Assembly: GCA_028826165.1 (NCBI GenBank)
Contig: JAPDFW010000066.1
Location: 186,001-250,000 of the forward strand
From: Anaeramoeba ignava BMAN
Taxonomy: Eukaryota; Protista; Anaeramoebae
DNA: 64,000 nucleotides
Direction of reading: 5' to 3'
A model generated the notes under the pieces. It was not told where the DNA came from, made no database searches, and saw only the letters and a program-made list of their open reading frames with translations. Position numbers and translations under genes: made by a program. Of this stretch, positions 51,501-64,000 are shown piece after piece. Within the stretch, counting starts at the first letter, position 1. Every line of letters begins with the position of its first letter.

Positions 51501-54500
51501 TTTTGGCAAAATGAAATTATTCTTTTGATTCTTTTTGCAACTGAAAGACATTTCTTTCGAATATCCGGCATCTGTGAATAAAGAAAAGTGGAAGAAATGA
51601 TATCTATGTTTGTGAACCATGATTGAGTGATTAAATTTGGGATTGAGAAGAAATTGAAGTCTTGCTGGGAATCGTCAAAGAACTCGTCTTCATATTCAAA
51701 AACAATATCGTTTTCAAAAATTTCCAAGTCCGAATCGGATGTCAATGTGATTGTAATGTTTTCCTCCTTAGTATCCTCGTCTGTTTTGATTTTTTTCATT
51801 GAAAGCTTCCTAAGATTCATTTTGAGTTGGTTTTGGGTATTTATTTGGTGCTCTTGCTTTATCAAAACTTCATATAATTTCAAAAAGCCGAGCAACTGGC
51901 AAAAAATTGAATAGATTGCTTCTTCGCGATAATTTTGCGCTGATGTCAATAGCGTGACTATATCTGTAAGAATCATTTTTCTTGATTGTGGATATGTGAT
52001 GAACATTTGCTGGTAAGAATGAGAGCAAATTGTAGCGAATTCCTTATTTGGATGGAGAATATTTTGGCCAAGAAAATTCTGATGGCCAATTTTCGGGTAC
52101 ATTTGATCAAATTCCATGACCGGGAAGATGCGGAATAATTGTTTGTATAATTCAATCCAGAGCAAATCTTGCTGTTTTTCTGATGATTTTTTGGATTGCG
52201 ATTGAGAGGGTGGTGATGACGATGATGTGAAAACAACCAATTTTGAGATGTTTGTGGGCTGTGGTGTGTTAAGCATAAATTTAGGAGCAAAAACGGAATT
52301 GGAAAGATTGCTCCATTCTTGGATTGCCTTGTGTATTTCTTGGTTGATTTCGTTTTTTCTCAATTGGGAGTCGTTGAATTTTTTCATTTTTGGAATTGGA
52401 TTGATTTTTCTTGAGTTTTCATAAGATTTCAAAATGGAATGATAATAAGATTTGAGTATTGTCAAATAATGACTAAATTTTGAATATCTTTCGCTAAAGA
52501 ATTTGATTTGGTCTTCCAATTTAGATTCCTCAAAAAGACCGAAATCGGGATCAATAAATTGAGTGAAAAGAAGAATATTTTGATTTGAGTCGTTTTCATT
52601 GACTCCTGCATGCGCTTGACATTGTTCGATAAGATATGGAATCGACTGATAAAACAATTTTGCCAAATCTTGGAATAATCCAGGATGTTTTTCTTTTTGT
52701 CCAGAAATAAAAACCCTAATTTCGGGTCGATGGATGATAGTGAATGCTCTTGCAGCAATTAAATAGTATTCAATCGGTTGATTTTTTTTGAAGAAAGGAA
52801 GAAAAATTTTGTTGTAAGCGAGATCGAGATTGTTGATAGCGAGTAAAGCGACAATATCAGATACTAAAGGAATAACATTTTCGAAATTGTATTGATTTTT
52901 AGAGAAGAAGAGAGCATCAATCAAAGTATCAAGGGTTGTTATATCTTGGGAGTTTTGGAGGATATCAACCTTGAAAAATTCTAAATTTAAAATTTTAAAA
53001 TTTTAAAATTTTAATTAAAATTATTATTAAATATAATTTATCTACCAGATGGTCTATAAATTGAAAATGGGTTTTTTTTTCTGAAATATCGATTAAAACG
53101 GAGATTTGGATAAGAAGGATAATTAATCAAGAACTGAGTAGGACCTCTTAGTATTCTAATAGCAAGTTCCAACGCTTCCCTTTTTTTCTTTTCATTTGAA
53201 AGATTTGGGGAAAATTTTTTCTTAAAGAAATCAGTAAGATATTTTTTTCTAAGTTCTTGAGAGCCATGAATAACATAAGATGTTTGGAATTTCAATTTGG
53301 AAAATTTAAGAGCTTTTGATTTAAGGGGTCTTCTGTGATGAAGTTTAAGAATTGTTGCGTGTAAATTTTTAATAAATTTCCATTTAGGATCGTCAGGTGA
53401 AAATTTTATTTGAGTGACTAAGTTTTCTAATACTTTTATATAAACATCAAGTATTTGTGTTTTTTTGTATTCCTTGATTAATGAAATGTGTGAATTAACA
53501 AGATTTTCAAGAGTTTGTTGATCACAATTCCGGAAATCAATGAATTGAATTCCTTTCAAATATGAGATGATTTGAAGTGATGAATTTTTCTTTTTGGGAG
53601 AAAGGATTTTGAAAACTCTTTGGCAAACTTTTTCAATTCTATAAAAAGAGATTAAACGGAGGGAATTTGACCAAATTTCTATTATAAGGTTTGAATAATA
53701 ATTTGACAAAGCAGGTTGGAGTTTTCTTTTTGAAACAAAAATATTAATTTTAATATTAATTTTATAAATTTTAATAATATTAATATTAATTTTATAAATT
53801 TTAATATTAATATTAATTTTAATTTTATAAATATTAATATTAATTTTATAAATGAATTTATTTTAATTTTTAAATGAATTTTATTTTAATTTTAATATTA
53901 ATATTAATTTTAATTTAAATTGAATTTTATAAATGAATTTATTTTAATTTAATTTTAATATTAATTTTTATATAAATGAATTTTATAAATGAATTTTAAT
54001 TTTATAAATGAATTTTATAAATGAATTAATTTTAATTTTATAAATGAATTTATTTTAATTTTATAAATGAATTTTAATTTTAATTTTGTAAATGAATTTA
54101 TTTTAATTTTGTAAATGAATTTATTTTAATTTTATAAATGAATTTAATTTAATTTTATAAATGAATTTTATAAATTGAATTTTAATTTTATAAATTTAAT
54201 TTATTTTAATTTTATAAATGAATTTATTTTAATTTTATAAATGAATTTATTTTAATTTTATAAATTTTAATTTTAATTTTATAAATGAATTTATTTTAAT
54301 TTTGTAAATGAATTTATTTTAATTTTGTAAATGAATTTTATAGATGAAATTTTAATTTTAATTTTATTTTAATTTTATAAATATTAATTTTAAAATGAAT
54401 TTAATTTTATAAATGAATTTTATAAATTTTAATGAATTAATTTTAATTTTGTAAATTTTAATATAAATTTTAATATTAATTTTATAAATGAATTTATTTT

Positions 54501-55132
54501 AATTTTATAAATAAATTTTATAAATGAATTTATTTTAATTTTGTAAATGAATTTTGTAAATGAATTTTTTACTTCGATGAAACAACTTCAAAAGAAGAAA
54601 TTGAAAATTCTTGAACAAGATTTTGAGTTTCATCAGATAATAATTTAGAATTATTTTGACAATACAACAAAATATTAACAACAAAATCACCAACAACAAT
54701 CTTAGCAATACTTGATAAAATATCAAAATGTTTAGAATGAATTTCAAACCCAGGAATATTTTGAACAAAACCATCGAAATTAAAAGGTTTAATAAAATTT
54801 GAATTATTATTAGAATAATGACTAGATTTTTCATTTGCAATTCGATAAATTAAAGAAATTTGAGGTAAAAATTTCAAAATTAATTGAATTCCTTCTTCAG
54901 GAAAATCATGTGCAACTTGTGTGTATTTTTGAAGAAAACTTGAATAAAAAGGATAATCTCTTGGAAATCCTGTCCAATTTTTTAAATCTTCTTCTTGTTC
55001 TTCTTCACTTTTTCTTTTTTTATTTAAAACAACTTTTTTGAATTTTGTTGTGCAAATTTTTGCTAATTTTTTTTGGAAATTAACTATAATAGTTGCAAGA
55101 ATATCAAGACAATTAATTTTTTTTAAACTCAT
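45599..55132 (-). CDS. Furry/MOR2/Tao3-like scaffold protein with a C-terminal RGS domain (3 exons: ~55132-54573, ~53727-53045, ~52980-45599)
   Basis: Long helical protein with LLIPW, ALKWG and FTGLQPLLIKGL (MOR2-PAG1-like). The last ~130 aa match the RGS pattern F..F.....SLEFYEEV..Y...A..II..FI......I...IF..A....Y..L...Y..F.KS. Confidence 0.65.
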
Positions 55133-55436
55133 TAAAGAAAGAAAAAAATGAAAATGAAAAAAAATGAAAAAAAAAATTTATAAATCAAAAAGAGATGGTT
55201 AATTAAATTTTTTAATTAAATTTTTTTGTTTACGTTGATTTTGTGGAAAAATAAAATTCTAATTAAAATTGAAATTGAAATTAAAATTAAAATTAAAAAT
55301 GAAATTGAAATTAAAATTCTAATTAAAATTGAAATTAAAATTAAAATTAAAATTAAAATTGAAATTAAAATTCTAAATAAAATTGAAATTAAAATTGAAA
55401 TTAAAATTAAAATTAAAATTGAAATTGAAAAATTTT

Positions 55437-57064
55437 TTAATTTGAATTTTCTTGAGCAAAAACTTCCATAACTTGAATTTTCCAATCTTTTTCAACTCCA
55501 GCAAAAAAACTTCTTGTTTTCCTGTGATTTTGAGATAAACCACTCAAAAGAGTAAATTTAGTAACTCCAAAATCTCCATAAGAAGAATAAAAAGTATCAA
55601 AAGGTTTTGAAGGATCTTTAGAAGATGAAACAACAATATCAGTTCCAAATTGTGGACCACAATTAGGGGCATAAAAAATAGCAAAATCTGAACGAGTATT
55701 AATAATTGGGGCAACATTTATGTGATTTGAGAAGTCAAAAGGACCAGTTTTAAGGGAAAAAATGAGGGAATTTGGATCTGAAATCCAATAACTTTGATTT
55801 TCTTTTTTTTTATCTTTTTGTTCTTCTTTTTTTTTATCTTTTTTTTTATCTTTTTTTTTATCTTTTTTTTCATCTTTTTTCATCTTTTTTTTTCATCTTT
55901 TTGTTCTTCTTTTTGTTCTTCTTTTTTTTTCCAACCAACAGAACTAAAACCTCCAAAAATAATCTCATTTTGTGTTTTGAAAAGAACTAAACAAGGTCCT
56001 TTATTATCGCATTTGAGATGAAATTCTTTAGGAGTAAACCCATCTTTAAGTGATGAATAAATCAAACTGCATGAATTAATAAAATCAAATGTTGGTATTG
56101 ATTCTTGTAATTTATGAAGTAGATAATGTTCTCGTGAAAAAGATCTAATGATATTGCTTCCTTTTGGAGTGCTGATTTTTGGAACAAATATTTGGAAGTT
56201 CTTGAAATCATTGCGAAATTTGAAGCGCAAAAATTCAGCAAGTTTTTCATTACTTTTTTTAAGAAAAATATTGAGATTGTTGATGTTAGTGTATATTTGC
56301 TCAGAAATCAAACCAATTGAAGAGTAAGGGAAAATATCCAAAGGGGAAATTTCGCAGAAATGGATCTTGTGAATAAACGGAGAAATTTTGTTTCGAATTG
56401 CCTCAATTTGATTTTTGGAAAAAGAAGTCAATTCGTTAGTTGAAAGAGGTAATTCTAGTTTAGATTGAGCCCAAAGGATCAAAGAGCGAAGTTTTTGGAT
56501 TTCTTTTTCAAGAAATGTTTGATTGGTGTCAAGAATAATGTGTATTTCTTGTTCAGTCAATGAATTGAAAATTCCTTTTTTTTGTAATTCTTTGATATTT
56601 TTTTGGATAAAAGAAGAACAAAAAGTGGAAAGATTTTCTATATTAAAAGAATAAGATAAAACAAAGGCATCCATAGCATTTTCAATATTGATATTTTGTT
56701 GGATAAAAGAGATCAAAGTGTTGACGAAGTTTTCATCTGTGATCATTAATTTCTGAGTTGCTAAAAGTAATTCAAATGCATTTTCAGGTGAATATTCAAT
56801 TGTTCCTGAATAAAGGAAATTGAGAATTTTTTCCATTGTTTGGTCTGTTATTCCTGAAATTTCTACTTTTCCTTCTTGAGATTCTTTCATTTGTGATCTA
56901 AACAATCCTTGAAAATAAGAAGATCTTGCAAATAGAACAAATTTATGACAATTAAAAATTGTATTTGTATTCTCATTTATAATTTGAAAATCGGAAAATA
57001 TTTTAGTTTCTAAAAAAGTTGAGAAATCATTTGCTAATTTTGATTGATTTTTATAAAATTGCAT
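55437..57064 (-). CDS. BTB/POZ-BACK-TLDc protein; ORF broken by a frameshift at ~55880
   Basis: BTB FSDFQI...CHKFVLFARSSYF...LYSG. TLDc IYSSLKDGF...FHLKCDNKGP...IFGGF...SDPNSLIFSL...GPQFG.DI...MEVF. Confidence 0.88.
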
Positions 57065-57503
57065 TATTAAAATTAAATTTAAATTTAAATTTAAAAAAAT
57101 GAGAAAATTAAAAAATAAAATTAAAATTTTTTTTTTCTTTTTTTAACATAATAATTATTAATAAATAATAAAAATTAATAATTTTGCTTTATCATCATTA
57201 TTATAAATTTTTAATAATTATTAATAATTATTATGTAATTGATATAAAAGAAAAATTTTTTTTTATTTTTTTTTATTTTTTTTTTCCATTTTTTTTTATA
57301 TTTTTTTGATCTTTTCTTTTCTTTTTTTTGTGTTTTCTTTTTCAAACACACAAACAAACAACAAACAAACACTTTTTACACAAAAACCCATCTTTTAAAA
57401 CCTTTAATTTTTTATTAAATTTCTTAAAGCTTTTTTTTTGAAAAGTTTTTTAAAGGAAAAAAACAAAAAACAAAAAAACAGAGTTTAATACAAAAAGCTT
57501 TTT

Positions 57504-59205
57504 ATGCTCCAATTGACTAAACAATCACCAACGTAACTTAATTTAATTAAAAAAAAAAAAAAATTAAAAAAAGATTAAAATATTTATTTTTCTCCTTTTT
57601 TTTTTTCCTATTTATTATTTTTTTTTTTAATTTATATTATAATTTAGTTCGCAAATTCTTTTCTCTTTTTGTTCTAATACTCCAACTAAAAAAGCAAATA
57701 CACCAGTTTCAATTGATATTACAAATGTTTTAACAAACCTTGGATTTACTTCATCATTAACAAATCAAAAACAACAACAACCAACTCCTTTATCAACAAT
57801 ATCAGATCCAAATTTAGTTAAATCTCAACAATTAGAAGTTTTAATAAATTCTCAACAATCTCAGTCTCCAAAAACTATAACCAAGACAACATCTTTATCA
57901 AAGATTTCCGAAGCAATAGATTCAAAACCAACAAAAGGAGTTACTGAAACTAAATTAAATGAAAAATTGAATCAAATTCAAAATTTAAATCAAAATTTAA
58001 ATGAAATTCAAAATGAAATTCAAAATCAAAATGAAAATCAAATTCAAAATTTAAATGAAATTCAAAATTTAAATGAAATTCAAAATTTAAATGAAAATCA
58101 AAATTTAAATCAAAATCAAAATCAAATTTTAGAAAATGAAAGATTTATCATTTTCAACAATTTTAAATCAACACTTGTTGATTATCAACTCACAAAAATC
58201 AATGATCAACCACAGATCAATTTCCGTTCCATCGGAAGTCAAAACGTAACAAACTTTGAAAAAAATATGGGAGACACAAAAATCCAATTTTCATTAAGTC
58301 AAGAATTAGCCGATTATTCATTTATGCTTATTGATGTGATTGATGCATCAGGATTTTTTTTGAATAGATGGAATGGAGCATTAAATTTGAGAAACCGAGA
58401 ATTTAATGTATTAATGTCGAGAAATCCAGCAAACAAGTATGAAAAACAAAACTCGAAATTCATTGTGAAACGAAATGTTTCTGTTGCAGTTTCTGTTCCG
58501 GAGCAAGTACAATCTACAAAAACAACAAAGAAACAGGAAAAGAAGAAAACAGACAAGAAGAAAACAGACAAAAAGAAAAAGATTCCGAAGTTGAAATCGC
58601 AACGAAAAAAGGCTTTTGCAAGATCTTTTAATCACAAAGAAAAAGAATCTTCAAGCCCGCATTTAGTCTCTTTAAATCTAGTAAAGAAGAAGAAAGGCAA
58701 GAAAGGGAAAAAGAAAAGAAAGAGCAAGAATGAAAAAAAGAAGTCAAAAATTAACGCTTTAAGAATCCAACAACAAAGAGCGCTTAATTTGAAAGAATTG
58801 GAATTGCAAACTTTGAATCTTGATGGAGATTCTGGTCGTGAAAAATCTCAAAAGGAAATAAAATCTTCTGAAACTTTCCAAAAAAGCGTTGATCACAGCA
58901 AACCAATTGAAAACAAAACGCAGAATAAACAATCCGGTTTAATTTCCAAAAATATCAAACAAGAAAATACCTTTTTTGTCAGTCGCAAGTCTCTTTTTGA
59001 ATTACTTCAGATTGCGAAATCATTGAATTCTGCAATTCTTTCTCTTTCAATTCCTATTGAATATTTCAAAACTCCAACACAAATGGAAATGATTATTCGT
59101 CAATTTTCTTTTTTAGGTTTCAAACAAGTTGTTTCAACTCCAACAAAAGCAAAGAATTTTCTGACTCTCACTTATTCCTTTAAAAAGCCAATTTTAAAGA
59201 AGTGA
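57504..59205 (+). CDS. Ornithine decarboxylase antizyme-like protein (~528 aa); exons 57504-57532 and 57648-59205
   Basis: C-terminus SRKSLFELLQIAK...IIRQFSFLGFKQV...FLTLTY resembles the antizyme core (SKxSF..LLE.AE...LLRTFSFLGFE.V...FM.Y). The spliced ORF is continuous. Confidence 0.6.
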
Positions 59206-60215
59206 AATTTACCTTACCAAATGAATTTTTTCTTTCTTCTTTCTTGAATGAGTTGTTTTTAAAACTTTTTTTTACAATCTTTTCAATCATTTTTTTTGAC
59301 AATTTTTTTTTACAACTTTTTTTTTTTTACAAATAATTTGTTTTTTGACAACTTTTTAAAAAATTTTTGAAAAATAAAAGTTAACAACTCAATTTATAAT
59401 TTTGAATTTTTAATTAATAATAAAAAATATAAAATAAATCAATTTAATAATAAAAAGTGGAATAAAAATATAAATTAATAATAAAAAATAAATTAAATTA
59501 ATAATAATAAAAAGTGGAATAAAAATATAAATTAATAATAAACTTATTAATAATAAAAAGTGGAACAAAAATATAAATTAATAATAAATTAAATTTAAAT
59601 AATTTGTTAATAAACTTATTAATAATAAAAAGTGGAATAAAAATAAAAATTAATAATAAATTAAATTTAAATAATTTGTTAATAAACTTATTAATAATAA
59701 AAGTGGAACAAAAATATAAATTAATAATAAATTAAATTTAAATAATTTGTTAATAAACTTATTAATAAGTGGAATAAAAAATAAATAAATTAATAATAAA
59801 TTAAATTTAAATAATTTGTTAATAAATTTATTAATAATAAAAAGTGGAATAAAAATATAAATTAATAATAAATTAAATTTAAATAATTTGTTAATAAATT
59901 TATTATTAATAAAAAGTGGAATAAAAATATAAATTAATAATAAATTAAATGTAAATAATTTGTTAATAAACTTATCAATAATAAAAAGTGGAATAAAAAT
60001 ATAAATTAATAATAAATTAAATTTAAATAATTTGTTAATAAATTTATTAATAATAAAAAGTGGAATAAAAATATAAATTAATAATAAATTAAATTTAAAT
60101 AATTTATTAATAAATTTATTATTAAATAAAAATAAAATAAAAAATTTTTAAAATATTAATATAAATAAATAAAATTTTCAAAAAAAAATTAATTAAATTA
60201 AAATTAAAATAAAAA

Positions 60216-60328
60216 GGCGCGATGGCCGAGTGGTTAAGGCGATAGACTTGAAAAAATTAATTAAAAATTAATAATTTCTAGAAATCTATTTCCCTCTGGG
60301 AGCACAGGTTCGAATCCTGTTCGCGTCG
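60216..60328 (+). tRNA. tRNA-Ser(UGA) with 31-nt intron (60253-60283)
   Basis: Acceptor stem GGCGCGA/TCGCGTC+G73, D arm GCCGAGTGGTTAAGGC, anticodon stem ATAGA/TCTAT, long variable arm TCCC-TCT-GGGA, T arm ACAGG-TTCGAAT-CCTGT, followed by an oligo-T terminator. Confidence 0.93.
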
Positions 60329-61855
60329 TTTTTTTTTTTATTAAATTTTTTTTTTTAAATTTATTTTAAATTAAAGAAATAAAAACATAAAATAAATTAA
60401 TAATAAAAAAGTGGAATATTTCTTTTATTTATTTTTTTTGATTTATTTCTAATTAAATTTATCTGTTTTAATATAAATAAATTATTAATAAAAATATAAA
60501 ATAAATTAATAATAAAAAAGTGGAATATTTCTTGTTTCTTTTTTTGATTTATTTCTAATTAAATTTATTAAATTTAATCTAAATAAATTATTAATAAAAA
60601 TATAAAATAAATTTATAATAAAAAAGTGGAATAAAAAGTGGAATAAATATATAAATTAAATTATTAATAAAAATATAAAATAAATTAATAATAAAAAGTG
60701 GAATATTTCTTGTTTCTTTTTTTTGATTTATTTCTATTAAATTTATTAAATTTAATATAAATAAATTATTAATAAAAATATAAAATAAATTAATAATAAA
60801 AAGTGGAATAAAAAGTGGAATAAAAAGTGGAATAAAAAGTGGAATAAATATATAAATTAAATTATTAATAAAAACATAAAATAAATTAATAATAAAAAGT
60901 GGAATATTTCTTTTGTTTATTTTTTTTGATTTATTTCTAATTAAATTTATTTGATTTAATATAAATAAATTATTAATAAAAATATAAAATAAATTAATAA
61001 TAAAAAGTGGAATATCTCTTTTGTTTATTTTTTTTTGATTTATTTCTAATTAAATTTATTTATTTTAATTTAAATAAATTAATAATAAAAATATAAAATA
61101 AATTAATAATAAAAAGTGGAATAAAAATATAAATTAATAATAAAATAAATTTAAATAATTTGTTAATAAATTTATTATTAATAAAAAGTGGAATAAAAAT
61201 ATAAATTAATAATAAATTAAATTTAAATAATTTGTTAATAAATTTATTAATAATAATAAGTGGAATAAAAATATAAAATAATAATAAATTAAATTTAAAT
61301 AATTTGTTAATAAATTTATTAATAATAAAAGTGGAATAAAAATATAAATTAATAATAAATTAAATTTAAATAATTTGTTAATAAATTAATAATAATAATA
61401 AGTGGAATAAAAATATAAATTAATAATAAATTAAATTTAAATAATTTGTTAATAAATTTATTATTAATAATAAGTGGAATAAAAATATAAATTAATAATA
61501 AAAATAAATTTAAATAATTTGTTAATAAATTTATTATTAATAAAAAGTGGAATAAAAATATAAATTAATAATAAATTAAATTTAAATAATTTGTTAATAA
61601 ATTTATTAATAATAATAAGTGGAATAAAAATATAAAATAATAATAAATTAAATTTAAATAATTTGTTAATAAATTTATTATTAATAAAAAGTGGAATAAA
61701 AATATAAATTAATAATAAATTAAATTTAAATAATTTGTAAATAAATTTATTAATAATTAAAAATAATAAAATAAAATAAAAAATAAATAAAATATTAATA
61801 TAAATAAATAAAATTTTCAAAAAAAAAATTAATTAAATTAAAATTAAAATAAAAA

Positions 61856-61968
61856 GGCGCGATGGCCGAGTGGTTAAGGCGATAGACTTGAAAAAATTAA
61901 TTAAAAATTAATAATTTCTAGAAATCTATTTCCCTCTGGGAGCACAGGTTCGAATCCTGTTCGCGTCG
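61856..61968 (+). tRNA. tRNA-Ser(UGA) with 31-nt intron (61893-61923), identical second copy
   Basis: Sequence identical to 60216-60328. Confidence 0.93.
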
Positions 61969-62907
61969 TTTTTTTTTTATTAATTTTTTTTTTAAATTTA
62001 TTTTAAATTAAAGAAATAAAAATATAAAATAAATTATTAATAATAAAAAAGTGGAATATTTCTTTTATTTCTTTTTTTTTGATTTATTTCTAATTAATTT
62101 TATTTATTTGTTTTAATATAAATAAATTATTAATAAAAACATAAAATAAATTAATAATAAAAAAGTGGAATATTTCTTTTGTTTATTTTTTTTTGATTTA
62201 TTTCTAATTAAATTTATCTGTTTTAATATAAATAAATTATTAATAAAAATATAAAATAAATTAATAAGGAATAAAAAGTGGAATAAATATATAAATTAAA
62301 TTAATAATAAAAATATATAATAAATTATTAATAAAAAAGTGGAATATTTCTTTTATTTCTTTTTTTTTGATTTATTTCTAATTAAGTTTATTTATCTGTT
62401 TTAATATAAATAAATTAATAATAAAAATATAAAATAAATTTATAATAAAAAGTGGAATAAAAAGTGGAATAAATATATAAATTAAATTAATAATAAAAAG
62501 TGGAATATTTCTTTTGTTTCTTTTTTGATTTATTTCTAATTAAATTTATTTGATTTAATATAAATAAATTAATAATAAAAATATAAAATAAATTAATAAT
62601 AAAAAAGTGGAATAAAAAGTGGAATATATATATAAATAAATTATTAACAAAAATATAAAATAAATTATTAATAAAAAAGTGGAATATTTCTTTTGTTTAT
62701 TTTTTTTTGATTTATTTCTAATTAAATTTAATTGTTTTAATATAAATAAATTATTAATAAAAATATAAATTAAATTAATAATAAAAAGTGGAATAAAAAG
62801 TGGAATAAATATATAAATAAATTAATTATAAAAATATAAAATAAATTAATAATAAAAAAGTGGAATATCTCTTTTGTTTATTTTTTTTGATTTATTTCTA
62901 ATTAAGT

Positions 62908-63714
62908 TTATTTATCTGTTTTAATATAAAAAAGAATATAAGCGTTTGGATCAACAATTTCTTTTTCTGAAACTTCTGAAATTGAAGTATCATCTATATG
63001 AACCCAATTACCAGTCCATTTTAAAGCAGAACAAGTATAATGTCCTTCAATCGGTGATTGACCAATATGATAAATAACAGAAACCAAATTATAAATGTGT
63101 TCTTTTTTTCCTTTTTTATGTAATTCAGAACTTATTATTTTTTTTGGAATAGTTAATTTTGTTGGAAAATTAATTGCTTTATGAACTTTAAATGCTCCAG
63201 TTTTTTCTGAAAATCTAAATCTTTTTAAATGGAGAATAAGAATAACTGGTAATTGATGAATTTTTGTTTTTTTTTGGGCTCCAATCTAATTTTGATTTTG
63301 ATTTTGATTTTGATTTTAATTTTGATTTTGATTTTGATTTTGATTTTGATTTTGATTTTGAATTTGATTTTGATTTTGATTTTGATTTTGATTTTGATTT
63401 TGATTTTGAATTTGATTTTGATTTTGATTTTGAATTTAATTTTGAATTTGATTTTAATTTTTAATTTTGAATTTGATTTAAATTTTAAAAAAAACATTTT
63501 GTTTTGTTGTTTCATCAGTATAATCTCTTAAATTTTCTGGGTCAGAAAAATCAATTAAAGCATCCTCAATTGAAGAAATATGAAATCCATTAATATTAAT
63601 AGGTAAAATCATAAAAGGTTCAAAAGATATTAAAGGTTTCATTCCATTTGGTACAATTTTACTTTTTAAAGTTCCTCCAAAAATATCTCTAATAATGGTT
63701 TTTTTGGGGATGAT
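62908..63714 (-). CDS. 3' exons of a host ubiquitin-specific protease, USP10/Ubp3-like (exons 63714-63496, 63285-62908); 5' part lies outside the window
   Basis: TIIRDIFGGTLKS...FEPF..L.I.I...SIEDAL, LPVILILHLKRF, SVIYHIG...EGHY...WVHIDD...AYILFY. Not present in the ORF track; read manually. Confidence 0.85.
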
Positions 63715-64000
63715 CTATTAATTTTGATTTTTAATTTTAATTTGAATTTGAATTTGAATTTGAATTTGAATTTTAATTTGAATTTGAATTTGATATTGAT
63801 TTTTATTTTGATTTTGAATTTGAATTTTGAATTTAATATTGATTTTGATTTTGATTTTGATTTTGATTTTAATTTTAATTTAAATTTAATTTTGAATTTT
63901 AATTTTGATTTTGATTTTAATTTGATTTTGATTTTAATTTTGATTTTAATTTTAATTTTGATTTTGATTTTGATTTTGATTTTGATTTTGATTTAATTTT

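Larger units (their letters stand above)
59420..62930. repeat. Complex tandem-repeat array (AAAAGTGGAAT-containing ~60-nt and ~110-150-nt units) organised as a ~1.64 kb higher-order duplication around tRNA genes
   Basis: Type A units precede each tRNA and type B units follow it. The tRNA copies are 1640 nt apart with near-identical flanks. Confidence 0.85.

Noticed and set aside
33780-55132. Inteins or Hint domains in the very large ORFs
   Set aside because: I found no N-terminal C/S block with a C-terminal HN-C/S/T and no LAGLIDADG motifs by eye; an HMM scan would be needed to exclude them fully.
3700-55890. Single-base frameshifts at ~3710, ~13490, ~21930, ~22362 and ~55880 as pseudogenes or programmed recoding
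   Set aside because: All lie in A/T homopolymers or repeats of otherwise intact genes, so long-read consensus errors are the simplest explanation.
59420-62930. CRISPR-like or telomeric array
   Set aside because: Sequences between the AGTGGAAT cores are themselves repeated rather than unique spacers, there are no cas genes, and the array is internal between two genes.
1-64000. Alternative genetic code (stop-codon reassignment)
   Set aside because: Long ORFs are open in the standard code and end at TAA or TGA; the breaks are explained by introns or indels.

Overview
Very AT-rich, gene-dense eukaryotic (protist) genomic DNA. It has spliceosomal introns, many filled with hexamer microsatellites, and short intergenic regions. 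The style resembles an anaerobic metamonad such as Anaeramoeba (inference only). Contents in order: first exon of an L-type lectin gene; three tandem DHH-family (family II pyrophosphatase-like) paralogues; a ~4.3 kb TIR-bounded IS5/PIF-Harbinger/ISL2EU-type DNA transposon between copies 2 and 3; a PMCA-type Ca2+-ATPase; a bacterial-type ThrRS-N/uridine kinase; a CH-PH coiled-coil protein; a ubiquitin-like/PX/ankyrin/PB1 protein; SPCS2; an SH3-PX-BAR sorting nexin; a BEACH-WD40-FYVE protein; a Furry/MOR2-like protein with a C-terminal RGS domain; a BTB-TLDc protein; an antizyme-like gene needing no frameshift; two identical intron-containing tRNA-Ser genes in a tandem-repeat array; and the 3' end of a USP10/Ubp3-like gene. 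The most striking item is the transposon: its only cargo is a ubiquitin-specific protease (C19) with a large repeat insert, overlapping the transposase (ATGA overlap, A10 slippery run) and possibly fused to it. Several single-base frameshifts in homopolymers look like assembly errors. All domain calls come from reading motifs by eye; no searches were run.
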